DNA from: Microthyrium microscopicum
Taxonomy: Eukaryota
Reading direction: 5' to 3'
NCBI GenBank assembly: GCA_010405405.1
Contig: MU004230.1
Coordinates: forward strand, 3,444,627-3,508,626
Length of the DNA stretch: 64,000 bases
The notes beneath the pieces are model-generated. The model was not told the DNA's origin, made no database searches, and saw only the letters and a list, made by a program, of their open reading frames with translations. Positions 10,652 to 22,367 of the stretch are shown here, piece after piece. Position 1 is the first letter of the stretch. Each line of letters starts with the position of its first letter. The translations under genes and the position numbers were made by a program.

Positions 10652-12040
10652 CTAGCCCCAGACTTTGGCTTGAACACCAAGCCCACTTTTACCTCCCCAA
10701 ACTCCACTGCTATTTCCCCATCCACCGCGCATATTGGCAGAAGATTTGTCGTCCTGTCCACTTGCTGGCTTGTCTGCTTGGCTAGCCTCCGCTGAGTAGG
10801 CATAGCTAAGCGGACTGGGCAGAGGTGTTGTTGACCGTTTCTGCTGTGTGCCGGCCTGTTGTTGTTGCGCGCCGGTTGGACGAGTTCCAATAGGCGCAAC
10901 GTTGCCTGGGGTTGATGCAGGTGGGTTGCTGGCATCACGAGGCGGCGATCCCCCGGGTGAAGAGTTGGATGTACGCGACGACTGCTGATGCGTGCTATCG
11001 AACATGTGCTGACCAGCTGCGTTTTGATTGCTAGCTGGACTGGCAGTGCTGTTGGCACGATCGCGACTGGGTGCATCACGGGCTGGCATTGTGACGGAGG
11101 ACTCGCCGGGAGGGCCAGATTGTAATCCGAACTGGTCGTATGGTGATCCACCACGGAAGCCAGGCGCTGGGCCAGTTGTAGAGCGAGTTTCTTGCGAGCC
11201 GCCGGCCCGGGAGGAGGAAGGTTCGCTGCCAGGAGAGTATATGTTGGATTCGGCTCCATATAACGCGCGATGTTGCCTCGCAATGAGCTCGCGACGCTCT
11301 TCTTCGGACATGCCGGCGTTTGCGGCGTTGGGAGACATGCTACGGTCCGATTTCGCTCCAGATAGGTCTATGAAAGAAAAATGTGAGCGGGCCAAGATGG
11401 CAATAGGAGACTGGCACGGCTTACTACGTACGCTTCTGGAATTGCTGCTCTTGGTGATAGTTTCTTAGTTCCCTTTCGCGCTGAGCAGCCATGCGACGTT
11501 TTGCCTGCATTGCTGGGTCACCTTCAGTTGGAGGACGTGGACCACCGAATCTTTGCGTGGCAATATAACCCTGAACGTGCCCGGGTGTTGGAGGCATTCT
11601 CATCGGATCGAATTCGGTAGGAGGAGCGAATCGAGGAGCCATTGCGTTCATTCGAGGATCGCCTACTTTAATTAGTCAACTGATCGATTCGAGCGGCAGG
11701 TTCGGATGGTTATAAGTACGGATAACTGGTGAGTCCTTACCGACAGGAATCTTTGACGATTTCCTCCAGGTTTCTAGAGCTCGATCCACGCCTATATCGT
11801 TAGTCGAAGTATGATATGGCAAGGAATCGTGACATACTAGCGAATTGATAATAAAAGGGTTCGCCATCTTCTGAGGGACCTGCTTGAACAGTACCTGATT
11901 GAAAGTATAAGTATGGGTGCAAAACGCGATAGTATAAGGATTCGACGCGTACCAGGACGACTAGTTGGCGCAGAGGGTTCCCATGGTCCTTGGCGACCAG
12001 CTGGCGACCCAGACCAGGAGTTGTTGTCATAGTATGCCAT
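10652..12040 (-). CDS. Conserved Pezizomycotina hypothetical protein (low complexity, multi-exon)
   Basis: ATG 12040 (MAYYDNNSW) and several canonical introns. Recognisable blocks QAKRRMAAQRERELRNYHQEQQF and MSEEERRELIARQHRALYG; C-terminus LGVQAKVWG. Confidence 0.8.
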
Positions 12041-14217
12041 ATTTGGGGATTGGTGGTATTCTTTAAGATGGAATGTCAGCAAACAATCGTGATAGTGCAG
12101 GTAGAAGTCGGGCCAAGGGATGAAGTTCGTAGTATTTACAAATAGACTAATAGATGATCGAATATAAAGAGCTGAGCTTACCGAGGAGTTCGGGTGCTAG
12201 GACAGAGCGGAAGAAATTGGAGACAGGGCAGCGGCCAGCGGAATTAGGAGTAATAGGGGTAATGAAATAGGCAATATAGTAAAATGGTAGACCGATGACA
12301 ATGGATCAATGGGATGTGCAATAGGAATAGGGGTCTAGAAGAGAGGACAAGGCGACATTGGAAAGATGTGATGTGAAAGGGATCACGATCACGGCCACGG
12401 AGGAAGAAATTCGATGCTAGAGCACAGAGTTCTCCCAGTTCAACCAGCAGATGTCAGAGGAAAGGCAAAAAGAAAAGCCAATTTTCGCTAAGGGCGACAA
12501 TTAGATCCACGGTGGTCCGTCCACTCAAATGTTGGGGATAGGGATGTCATACAACCACTATTACCATTTTGGTCTATATACACTGTTTACTGCAACTATT
12601 CCTTCTCTTTTTATACATCAATGGCCTCCGCGTTTCTTCTTTGATGTCTGATGTATCTATAATGTTCCAACTCCTCTCTAGCCGTGCCCAACCATATCAC
12701 TACATCAATTCCTCAGAAACAGGAATGCCCAACCGTACCAGTCTTCCGTTTCTTCCCGCCTACTTCTTGAGCATCAAATCCCACCACCACCTCACTAGTC
12801 GGCAGACTTGTTTTTTTCCTTATGCATCTTATCGCTTAAAACGTGTGCCAACCAGGTTCTCCTCCACACACCACTACACTCTGGTACATATAAAGTCAAC
12901 CTCATATCCCTCATAGTACTCCAATCCCCAGCACCCTGTCAATTGACTCCACAGCATTGCGTTGTCCATCGTGCCATTCAAAGCACCCAGCTTGCTGGCA
13001 ATGTACGGGGCGCCCTGGGATCAAAATGACGCGGGGCAATGAACAATGCGACCCGAGCCCAGGTGCACTATCCGAGACCTGCTTTTCAAGCAACACAGGC
13101 GCCTATATCGTCCATCCAACTGACCTGCTTTTGTGCAGTCTCAAACTCACTTGCATATGTATCTCCACACTTCCCCATCGCTAACACATAGACATATCCT
13201 ACCACATTTCAAAATCGACTGGCCCTACTAACGTTCGGTACATCTTTTCCCCCCATGGTCCATCATATACATTACCATGCACAACATCCGAGTGCACAAC
13301 TAGCAACTGCAATGTAACATGCCATTTTTATTCACCCATCACATGCAAGGGTTTGCTAAACGGCCCACACCCGGTCCAAAGGAAAGACCTTTTTAAAGCC
13401 TCTCGAGTCCGCTGCTTGTAACTCGAGCGGGTACGCAGCTCCGACCTTGCACAAATCTCCGTTCATATATCAGAGTCTCCATTATAGACCTTAACGATCC
13501 TTCCCCACATACCCCAACAACTGCCGGGGATGTCGGCCATGAGCAGCACGCAAAGTTTTACTTAATCTTATTGTCCATCACTTGGTGTCTCCAAACTAAG
13601 ATATCATGTGCAAAGTATGTGTTGTTATACGAAATCTTGGCGGCTACGGCGGCTCTATCAAAAAAACCGTTGTCCATTGTGGTGGAAATAAGCACGGGCA
13701 AAAGTTTGTGGTTTTGTGGGATAATAGCTGTTTGTAAGCATTGATCAGATTTTGATTGCAAGCATTATTTTGTGGCGTTCCTTTAAATGCACAACACATC
13801 GCCAAGCCGAAGCCTCATACAACCCCCTTTCGCTTTCTCAAGATATCGTGAACTATCTTGTCATCTGAACTTTCCTCTCCATAGCTTTGTCTTAGTTGTA
13901 TATGTTACAAAGATGGAGTTAAAATAGAGTTTAAGCTAGAGATCGCACATTGGCAGTTGCAATGCGGGATGTGTTTTTCCAGGAAGGAGCCCACGAGCAA
14001 TAGGAAGCTGCGGGGACCATCCTCTATGGCAGTCGCTGTGGACTTGCAGAATGGCTCAAACGTTCGAGATTCGCGAAATCATTGAGTGTGAGGGGCATCG
14101 GCAAGTACGCATTGGATGAATATGATATATTGTGGTATAGACTAGTCACAACTCCACGGCCTTCATAAGATTGTGCGTACGAAGTAAGAAAATGATAGAC
14201 TCCGATCCAAACAACAA

Positions 14218-17022
14218 CTACGCTCGGAAGCCTTGAACAAAGCCATGCAACCGGTCAATAACCTGCGGCATCACCGCCGTCGCGCTCTCACTTATAAGCG
14301 CCTCGAAGCCCCTAATCGCCTCCTCCTCTGTCAACTCCAAATGGAAACGTTCTTGCACCTTGAGTACCGCCTTGTCCGGCTCCAGCCTAATATCGGGAAT
14401 ATTCGCCTCACTCATCAAGGCAAACAGATTCAATATCAGGTTTGCCGACTTGCGCAGGCTTGCGTATGCTGTGTAGCAGTACTGCTTGAATTGCGCATAG
14501 TACGCGTGCTGCGGACCGCCCATTCCTTGGACCATGGCTGGATCGAGCTTCATTAATGGCGCGAATGGTTTGGGATCTCGGCCAAGGATGTAGCCAAAGT
14601 CGGCGTGGAAGAAGTGACCAGAGGGACTGAGGAGGAGGTTGTCGGAGTGGCGGTCGCCCACGCCGAGGAGGTAGGTGATTACGCAGTAGCCTGCGCACGA
14701 TTTAATGTAAGTTTCCATGGCCTCCTTGCGGACGCCTAAGTCGGCCGTGTTATCGGGGTTGTGGTGTTTGAGATAGTTGAGAAGGGTTTTGTGTTTGGAG
14801 ATGATGGCAGAGAGGGAACTGGACGGTACGAATTGGACTGCGCCTGCATATGGCGCGGTTGCAAGAGTACGATAAGGCGAGAGCTTGAGATCGAGGTTCT
14901 CTTTGCGGAGTAGTCGGTCCATCAAGGTGATGATTTGGATTACAAGCTGATCTTGTCGTAAGTCATCGCCTGTTTTGAAGATGACCGGATAAGGTTGGCC
15001 TCCACTTGTTCTGAACGTGATAAAAAGGGGCTGAAGACTTGATTTGAACACGTTAGATTCTTCCGGGTAGCATCCCACAATATGGACTGTTGGATCCAAT
15101 GGTATAGGAAGTGGTGGTTGGAATGTAGTCAATTCATTTTTTGGGTCTCCAAGAAACTTCTTCAGGCGTTCAATTTTTCTAGTTCTGTCTCCAGCAGAGT
15201 TTCTGATATCTCGAGATATCTTGGAAAGCAGGGTGATGAGTTCACCCTGTCTCCGAAGGATTTTCCTTTGTTCTGGCCCATCGGGTCGCTTCATGAGCTC
15301 AACCATAAAATCATATTCAATTTGAGCAAACAATTGTCGTGCCCCTGCACCTTGTTGATCGGAAACATCATCGCATTCAACCATTAAATACCAATGCAGA
15401 TAGTTGCCTAGGATGAAGTTGTCTGCGGCTCGAGTGATGAGAAATCGAGCCAAAGAAGAGTCTTGCGCTTCAGAGACTTGATCTTGGTTCTCTTCCTGTG
15501 TATTAGATGGTCGTTCAAACTTTAAGGCTTGAACAAGTTGAAGTAGATACAGAAGCAGTTCATCGTCATCCGACTTTCGTAGCCTGTCTACAGCATAAGC
15601 GCGGACGTCTGGATTCTCAAAGCTGGGGCCAAGAAGTTCCAGAGCATCATCAACATCGATTGTGGTCCATTTGGATAACATAGAAACAGCTTGTCGTGAT
15701 TCACTTTGATCAGTCCAGGAAACCGATTTGACAAATTTCGTGAGTGCCTTCTTGTCGCGAGTGAGATGATGCCGAAATTTCCAGACCATGTCTTTTTCTT
15801 CATCGGTCAAGTCATGCAGTGGACCATACGACATGATAACATTCAGCTCATCTCGTATCTTGGCGTTGGGCTTCAGATCCCTATCTAATACTCCGGTCCT
15901 GCTACTTCGGACAAGCCTTCGGTGTTTGGACTCACATGGATTGTCTCGAACACCTACTTCCGGATCATATATTCGAATCAGTCTTCCTGGAGCCGGATGA
16001 CCCGATGGATCTATATCCAATTCTATCCCTGGTCCAAAAGATACTTCCGGAGGAGGTTTGAGACGAACATCAGATGCCGAATTCTGCATTGTCGAAATAG
16101 GTGGAGGTGGATATTCTCGATCAGTGAAAACAATGGGATGATCGAAGCGAGGAAATTCGATGTGAAGGTACCAAATCCCCTCATCTTCCACAGGTTTTGC
16201 GCTGCCATTTGTGTTATCACCATTGGAGGCACCGTTGGTAATTCGAGATTGAGCTTGACGTCGAAGCTGGGCCAATGTTTTCAAGCTATCTCTTTCCATT
16301 GCCTCGATTTTGCGGAACACTAACTGATCGAGCCATTTATTCTCAGGTATTTCGCCCATCTCATGTTTCTTCATCAGCCCCTCCAGTCTTTCCATTTCTG
16401 TCATCTCTCCATCGTTTTGTACTTCAAATGGAGTCGTTGACTGTGAGTAGCCATCTGCTTGCTTGTGCCGATGTATACGACACCGTATCCTACCTTTCCG
16501 GAGAGTATTGTCCTTGTCGAAAAGAGGAATAGTACTGCCGCCAAATGGAATTGAATGGAACTTTGTTTTAGGCCCACCAGCCGGATACAAATCCCAAACC
16601 GTGACAGCTAGCTGCGACGACAATGGTATCTCTGAGTAGGGTACAGGCAAAGATAGCCATTCGTTCCAGGTTCTAGCATTTTTGAAGTTCTTGTGAGAGG
16701 TTTCAGTGGGTAAAGTTAGGGGTTTACTGTCGGACCATAGTCGTACGGTGACATATAGCTCTGAATGCGTGCTGCCGATAAAGTTAGCAAGAACAATGAA
16801 GTGCTTCAATATTGGCATACATACCTCGTGTTTGAACCAACGTGTCGTAACTGAGGGTTTTCTAGCAGTACAGTCAATTCCGTAGGTTTTTGGGATCCCT
16901 CAAGATTGCTTCTAGAATTGGGTCAACATCAAAGACTCCATATGTAGTGAAAGGGGTACTAACATTTTGATATGAACGTCTTCTTTAAGATCAGATGAGC
17001 AGGCAAAGGAGAAAGGCTCCAT
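14218..17022 (-). CDS. VPS34: Class III phosphatidylinositol 3-kinase Vps34
   Basis: ATG 17022 (MEPFSFACSSDL) with two 5' introns. C2, helical and kinase domains with FKTGDDLRQDQL, LGVGDRHSDNLL and HADFGYILGRDPKP. Confidence 0.97.
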
Positions 17023-17434
17023 GATGTGCTAATATTCGAGGCCAGTAGGGCCTACGACACAAGCTTTGCCGTCTAATGTCATGTATAAAGCTGCTCGGCT
17101 ATCATTTCAAAACGCTTGCGCTCGAGCCTCGCGCAGTGAACGATAGAAGTGATAGGCAGCAAGTACAGTGTATGGTGGGGTGTATCTACGAAAAGTTGTC
17201 GCTCCGAACGTGATCTAGTGAAGAGTCTAGGTTCACTGATTGAGCGAGAGGGTGAAGCGGGTGGACTGGACTTTATACAGAAGCTGATATGCGAGGGTGA
17301 TGAGGATAGATTTGTTTCTTAACAAGTTGGAGAAATGTGTTGCAAGTTGCAACTCCACACGACTGAAGCTCCACTGTCCAGCAAGCTCCGAAGCTCTGGT
17401 GAACAGTCAGCAAGTCGTGATCCCCACCACCAAA

Positions 17435-17440
17435 ACGCGT
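17435..17440. promoter_or_regulatory. MCB element (ACGCGT) in the VPS34/NSE4 divergent promoter
   Basis: AAACGCGT about 350 bp upstream of the NSE4 ATG. MBF/MCB control of chromosome-maintenance genes is established in ascomycetes, but this is a single 6-mer. Confidence 0.3.
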
Positions 17441-17791
17441 GGTCACCTGATGCTTCGTGCTAAACCCACCCGGGCTTAGGATCTTGACACGCTCAGGGAC
17501 TCAGTGCTCTCTCATACTCTCAGGCCTCTAACACCTGCCCCTAGCACATTGCATTGATATTCGCAGAGACATCACCTTATCTTTTTGTCTTATTGTCTCG
17601 TCGAATGTTCCTGTCTCGCCCTCTTGTCCAATTTACGGGTACTCGCATATATCCAGCCAAGCCAGCTCGCGCTTGTCACTGATCGCAAACGCCGTCATAA
17701 CAGCCTTGCGACCTCAACTACAACCATCCATCGCGCCTGCAATCATCCGCCCAACAACCGGCAACGCTGCTTCACCACATCGCCCTATACA

Positions 17792-19295
17792 ATGGCCAGA
17801 ATACACCAACCTTCGTCTACACCAAGACGTCAATCTTCCCCCAATGATTCCCTTTTCCGTGGTAGAACCGCGACCGAAACACCTGCAAGAAATTCTCCAA
17901 GTGCGGCCTCCGATAAGGAAAATCGTCCAGCCATGAACAAGGGAAAGCAACGCGCTGTATCAGGACCTATGGCTCCTCCTCCGCGCGGTGGAGGGTTGCG
18001 CGATTCTACCGGCTCCAGAGGCTCCAAGCGTCGTCGAATCGAGCCCAGCCCAAGTCCCATGGAATACCAACCACTCACTCAGTTGATGACCCAATATCAA
18101 GACGTGCTCAGCAATGAGACACAAGATGAGAAAGAATATAATCCAAATCAGGATCTTGATCATCGTCGAGTGGTCAGACTGGGCTTGCGAACACTCGATA
18201 AAGAATTACATGGTATGTTTTTGCTGTTGTTGACAACCATGATCAGTGGCTAACATGTCGCTAGACGACCGTGACAGGTTCCTCAAAGAAAGTGCCAAAT
18301 CAATTGTGAAGCACATTCGAATCGCTGATCAATACATGGGCAATGTCCGACAGACCTCTGATGCCACAATCGATTCTCGATACCTTCTCAATGTTACTGA
18401 ACTCAGTAGCAAGAAATTGGCAAGCGAAGCATTTGGAAAAGGATCTAGAGGTGTAGAGGCAGATATGTTTCTAGCAGGTTGCATGGATTTCATGAAGAAC
18501 GGGGGATCTCTCGACGATGACGACGCGGACAACACCTTGATAACCACTCAACGGAGGCGTCGTGTCGTAGCAGATGATAGCGATGAGGAAGATGCTACAG
18601 AAGGCGATGGATTTGACTGGGACGTTGCTGGCGAATTGGCTTCATTCCCTGTCAACGGGCGCCCTACTTTTTCGAAGTACCTCCTTGGTCCTCTCGCTGT
18701 TGAAAAGAAAGTCAGAAATACTCAGCGTACAGCACGTCAACGAAAAGACCCAGTCACCGCAAATAAGCTTCCAGAGCGAATTGCAGCCGAGGATTTGGAG
18801 CGCAACGAGGCCTCCAATCTTACCAGTCTTTGCGCGTCAATACGTACACGCCTTAATTTGGTGAATACGAATGGCGCGCAACAAGCAAGTCAAGAAATGG
18901 AAGAATCTGTGGATTTGACAGACGACAAAGAGAAAGCCATCCTCACCAAGCATCATCTTTCCACAAATTGGGAAGTCTCCCTTTTTGAATTCGTTATCAA
19001 CCCAGACTCGTTCGCCCAGACAGTAGAGAACCTCTTCTACGTCAGCTTCTTAATCAAAGACGGACATGTCGATCTCAACTTTGATGACGATGGCTTGCCC
19101 ACAATTCGAGAGATTCCAGATAATCAGGGAGGCGAAGAGCGCGAAAGAGGATCGGGTCGACATCAAGCAATCTTCTCTCTGGACCATGAGACGTGGCGAA
19201 CACTCATCACGGCATTTGATATCAAACAACCATTGATTCATCATCGCGCAGAACAGAGCACCCCACTCGCAGGTGCCAAAGGCTGGTATGCGTAA
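17792..19295 (+). CDS. NSE4: SMC5/6 complex kleisin subunit Nse4
   Basis: ATG 17792, intron 18213-18264. Nse3-binding motif VRQTSDATIDSR, LLGPLAVEKK, and Nse4_C block LFEFVINPDSFAQTVENLFYVSFLIKDG..RHQAIFSLD. Confidence 0.93.
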
Positions 19296-19702
19296 TTCCT
19301 GGTGGCCAGGAAAGTATGAGCTTCTTTCTAATTGTCATTATCACCACTGAAGGGTATATCATATTGCTTTACGCAATGGCTGTTTTGTTTGAGGGAATTT
19401 TTGGAATGGGAGGCAGCACTGTGTTAATTAGTACTTTTTACTTCTCCATGATCGGACTCTGGGTATATGCGATGCCTCGGATTATAATACCCAATATACC
19501 CTTTTCCAGAATTCATTTATCGTCAGAATCGTAATATCATTCAAAGTCGCCGCACACATACTTTTGTAAGCTGTTGGAAAATGGTCAAAGCTTTGTTGGC
19601 TTTGCCCCTCGTTCTACAACATCAACAAAAAAACATTCGCAGCCTAGATCAACATCATCTCCAGCGTCCACCACACCTTGTTTCAGTCGCTCAGCAAAAA
19701 TC

Positions 19703-21415
19703 ATGTCCCTCTCCATACCCAGCGCTCCAAATGCGGGTCTCTTCAAACAAGGCTACACCAGCCATGATAGCGAAGATGCAGCAGTTGTGCGCAACATCGA
19801 CGCGTGCCGAACCATCGCAAGCTCCGTTCAAACCTCTCTAGGACCTTATGGCCGAAACAAGATCGTGATCAACCATCTACAAAAGATGATCCTTACCAGC
19901 GATGCGGCTACTATACTCAGAGAGCTTGAAGTCGTTCACCCCGCAGCGAAACTCATCGTTATGGCCAGTCAACAACAAGAGGCGGAAATGGGCGATGCGA
20001 CAAATATGGTCATTGTGTTGGCCGGCGAACTGTTGAAGAAAGCTGAGGAATTACTTCGACTGGGATTGAAGACAAGTGATATTGTTCAAGGTTATGAAAA
20101 AGCTCAGGATTATGCGCTCCAAGCACTCGAAGGTAGGTTCATGAGTCTCAGGTTTTGTAGCATGGACTGACACGTTGCAGAACTCACCATCGACAAAGTT
20201 GAGAACGCACAATCAGTAGAAGAGCTGAGCAAAGCTCTACGAACAGTCATATCTTCAAAACAGAACGGAAACGAAGATTTCCTAGCCGAACTTGTCGCAG
20301 AAGCAGTCCTTTCAGTCCTACCCAAAACCGCCTCAAATTTCAACGTCGACAACATCCGAGTAGTGAAAATTCTTGGTGGCTCCCTGCCACAAAGCAGAGT
20401 TATCAAGGGTATGGTTTTTGGCCGAGAACCGGATGGAAGTGTCAAGAAGGCGACCAAAGCAAAGGTCGGCGTGTTCACTTGCGCTATCGACATCAGTCAA
20501 ACAGAGACGAAAGGAACGGTTTTGTTACACAACGCAAAGGAAATGCTCAACTTCACGACCGGAGAAGAGCAACAAGTGGAAACGATGATCAAGGAGCTTC
20601 ACGACTCAGGTCTCCGAGTTGTTGTTGCTGGCTCTACCATCGGAGAGCTCGCCATGCACTACCTCAACCGCTATAACATCCTCGTCATCAAAGTCCTCTC
20701 CAAGTTCGAAATTCGTCGCCTTTGCCGAGTCGTTGGCGCAGCTCCTCTTGCTCGCTTAGGTGCACCGATGCCCGATGAAATGGGTATGATCGATGTGGTT
20801 GAGACACTCGAGATCGGTGGTGATCGTGTCACTGTCTTCCGTCAAGAGAACGAGGTAACGAGAACATCGACTATCGTTCTTCGTGGAGCTACTCAAAATT
20901 ATCTGGATGATGTTGAGAGAGCGATTGATGATGGTGTCAATGTCGTCAAGGCCATTACCAAAGATCCTCGCTTAGTTCCTGGAGCCGGTGCTACAGAAAT
21001 GGCGCTGATCGAACGAGTGGGCGCCTTTGGCGAGAAGACACCTGGACTGATGCAGTATTCTATCCGTAAGTATGCTGAGGCATTCGAGGTCATCCCACGA
21101 ACTCTAGCAGAATCTGCTGGTCTCGATGCCACTGAGGTTCTTTCGCGTTTATACAGCGCCCATGTGTTGAAGAAGGATGGCAAGCGAGACAAGTACTGGT
21201 GGTGTACAGGAGTTGATATTGAAAATCAAGAAGGAACGGGCATCATGGATGCTGAAGAGGAAGGCATATTGGATCTCATGATTGCAAAAAGCTGGGCTAT
21301 TAAACTCGCAACAGAGGCAGCCCGAACGATTCTCAGTGTCGATCAAATCATTGTTGCTCGACAAGCAGGTGGTCCAAAGCCGCCAGGACCAAATCCGAAC
21401 TGGGACGAGGATTAG
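19703..21415 (+). CDS. CCT8: T-complex protein 1 subunit theta (CCT chaperonin)
   Basis: ATG 19703, intron 20133-20180. Motifs TSLGPYGRNKIVINHLQK, EMGDATN, DDVERAIDDGVN and the C-terminus GGPKPPGPNPNWDED. Confidence 0.97.
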
Positions 21416-21565
21416 ATGTATACCCACCAAAATCGTAGTTATTTATATTGATAGACAATAATATGATGAACAAAAAAAAGCTTCATTCGTGCATTACAAT
21501 ATCTGGGTATAATTTGTCCTCTCGCGATCCATTTTGTCTAAAGTTCATTAGTCATTTCCACTCAA

Positions 21566-22367
21566 TCAGGTGAGTTTGTCCAATAGTCTTCGTCTCCGTC
21601 GATCCACTAATTCTTCCTGTACTTCATCTAGCGACGGCAGTCCCCAAGGAACGCCATCACCAGTGTCTCCTGGTATATCCTCCCAGCTCTTGTCATCATC
21701 TTTGCCGTTTGTCTGCTGCATCAGCGCCTTGAACGCCTCCTGCTCACGCTTAACCTCATATTCCAACAACGTCCCATCCTCCTCATCCAAATTATACCCA
21801 TAATAGCCCGCATCGACCCCCCTACTCAACTCCGCTCTCGTCGGTCCCTTATCCTCAACCTGCGGCTTCCCACTATTCATCGCCGCCTCAAATAACTCCT
21901 TCACGCCCGGTAACTCCCTCGCCCTACCAAAATACCGATACCCCTTCCCACCGCCCGGCACCTCCCGCCCATCCTCATCCAACACCCGTCCTCCTCTGCT
22001 ATAGTTTGGTCCTCCCAGCTCTCGTATCCTTAGTTCCCAGACGAACTTTTCGCGCATGAGCTTGTTGATCTCATCGTTGAGATCGCGCACTTGGTAGTCG
22101 CTGAGAGCTATGTCTTGGATTTTGGAGACTTTGCGGGAGATTTCTTTGAGGACTTGGCCGCGCCACTTTTCGCAGACGGGGATGGATTCGACGGAGGTTA
22201 TTAGTTTTGGGCGTGCGGTGGAGCCGAGGTCGATTATTCCTAGGTCGGCGGCTTGGGCGGCGCGGAAGCGGAAGAGCATTGATTGCGCTTTTTCAGAATT
22301 GCGCGCCTGTGATGGGTGTTAGTTGTTGGCATGGTGGTTGTGAGGCACTGGTGGGGGAGCTTACCAT
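21566..22367 (-). CDS. ISY1: Pre-mRNA splicing factor Isy1
   Basis: The first coding exon is ATG only (22365-22367), followed by intron 22307-22364. Translation MARNSEKAQSMLFRFR..RDLNDEINKLMREK..GYRYFGRARELPGVKELF. Confidence 0.95.

Noticed and set aside
10531..11468. Long overlapping alternative-frame and antisense ORFs here and over other GC-rich genes
   Set aside because: These are shadow ORFs of real CDSs, with low-complexity translations and no family motifs.
12957..13184. Short ORF beginning RCPSCHSKHPACWQC that resembles a zinc-binding motif
   Set aside because: It has no ATG start, an incomplete Zn2Cys6 spacing and no supporting exon structure.
12500..14200. Long intergenic region considered as a telomerase, RNase P/MRP or snRNA locus
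   Set aside because: I found no TAACCCTAA template or recognisable conserved motifs by eye; an Infernal/Rfam search would be needed.
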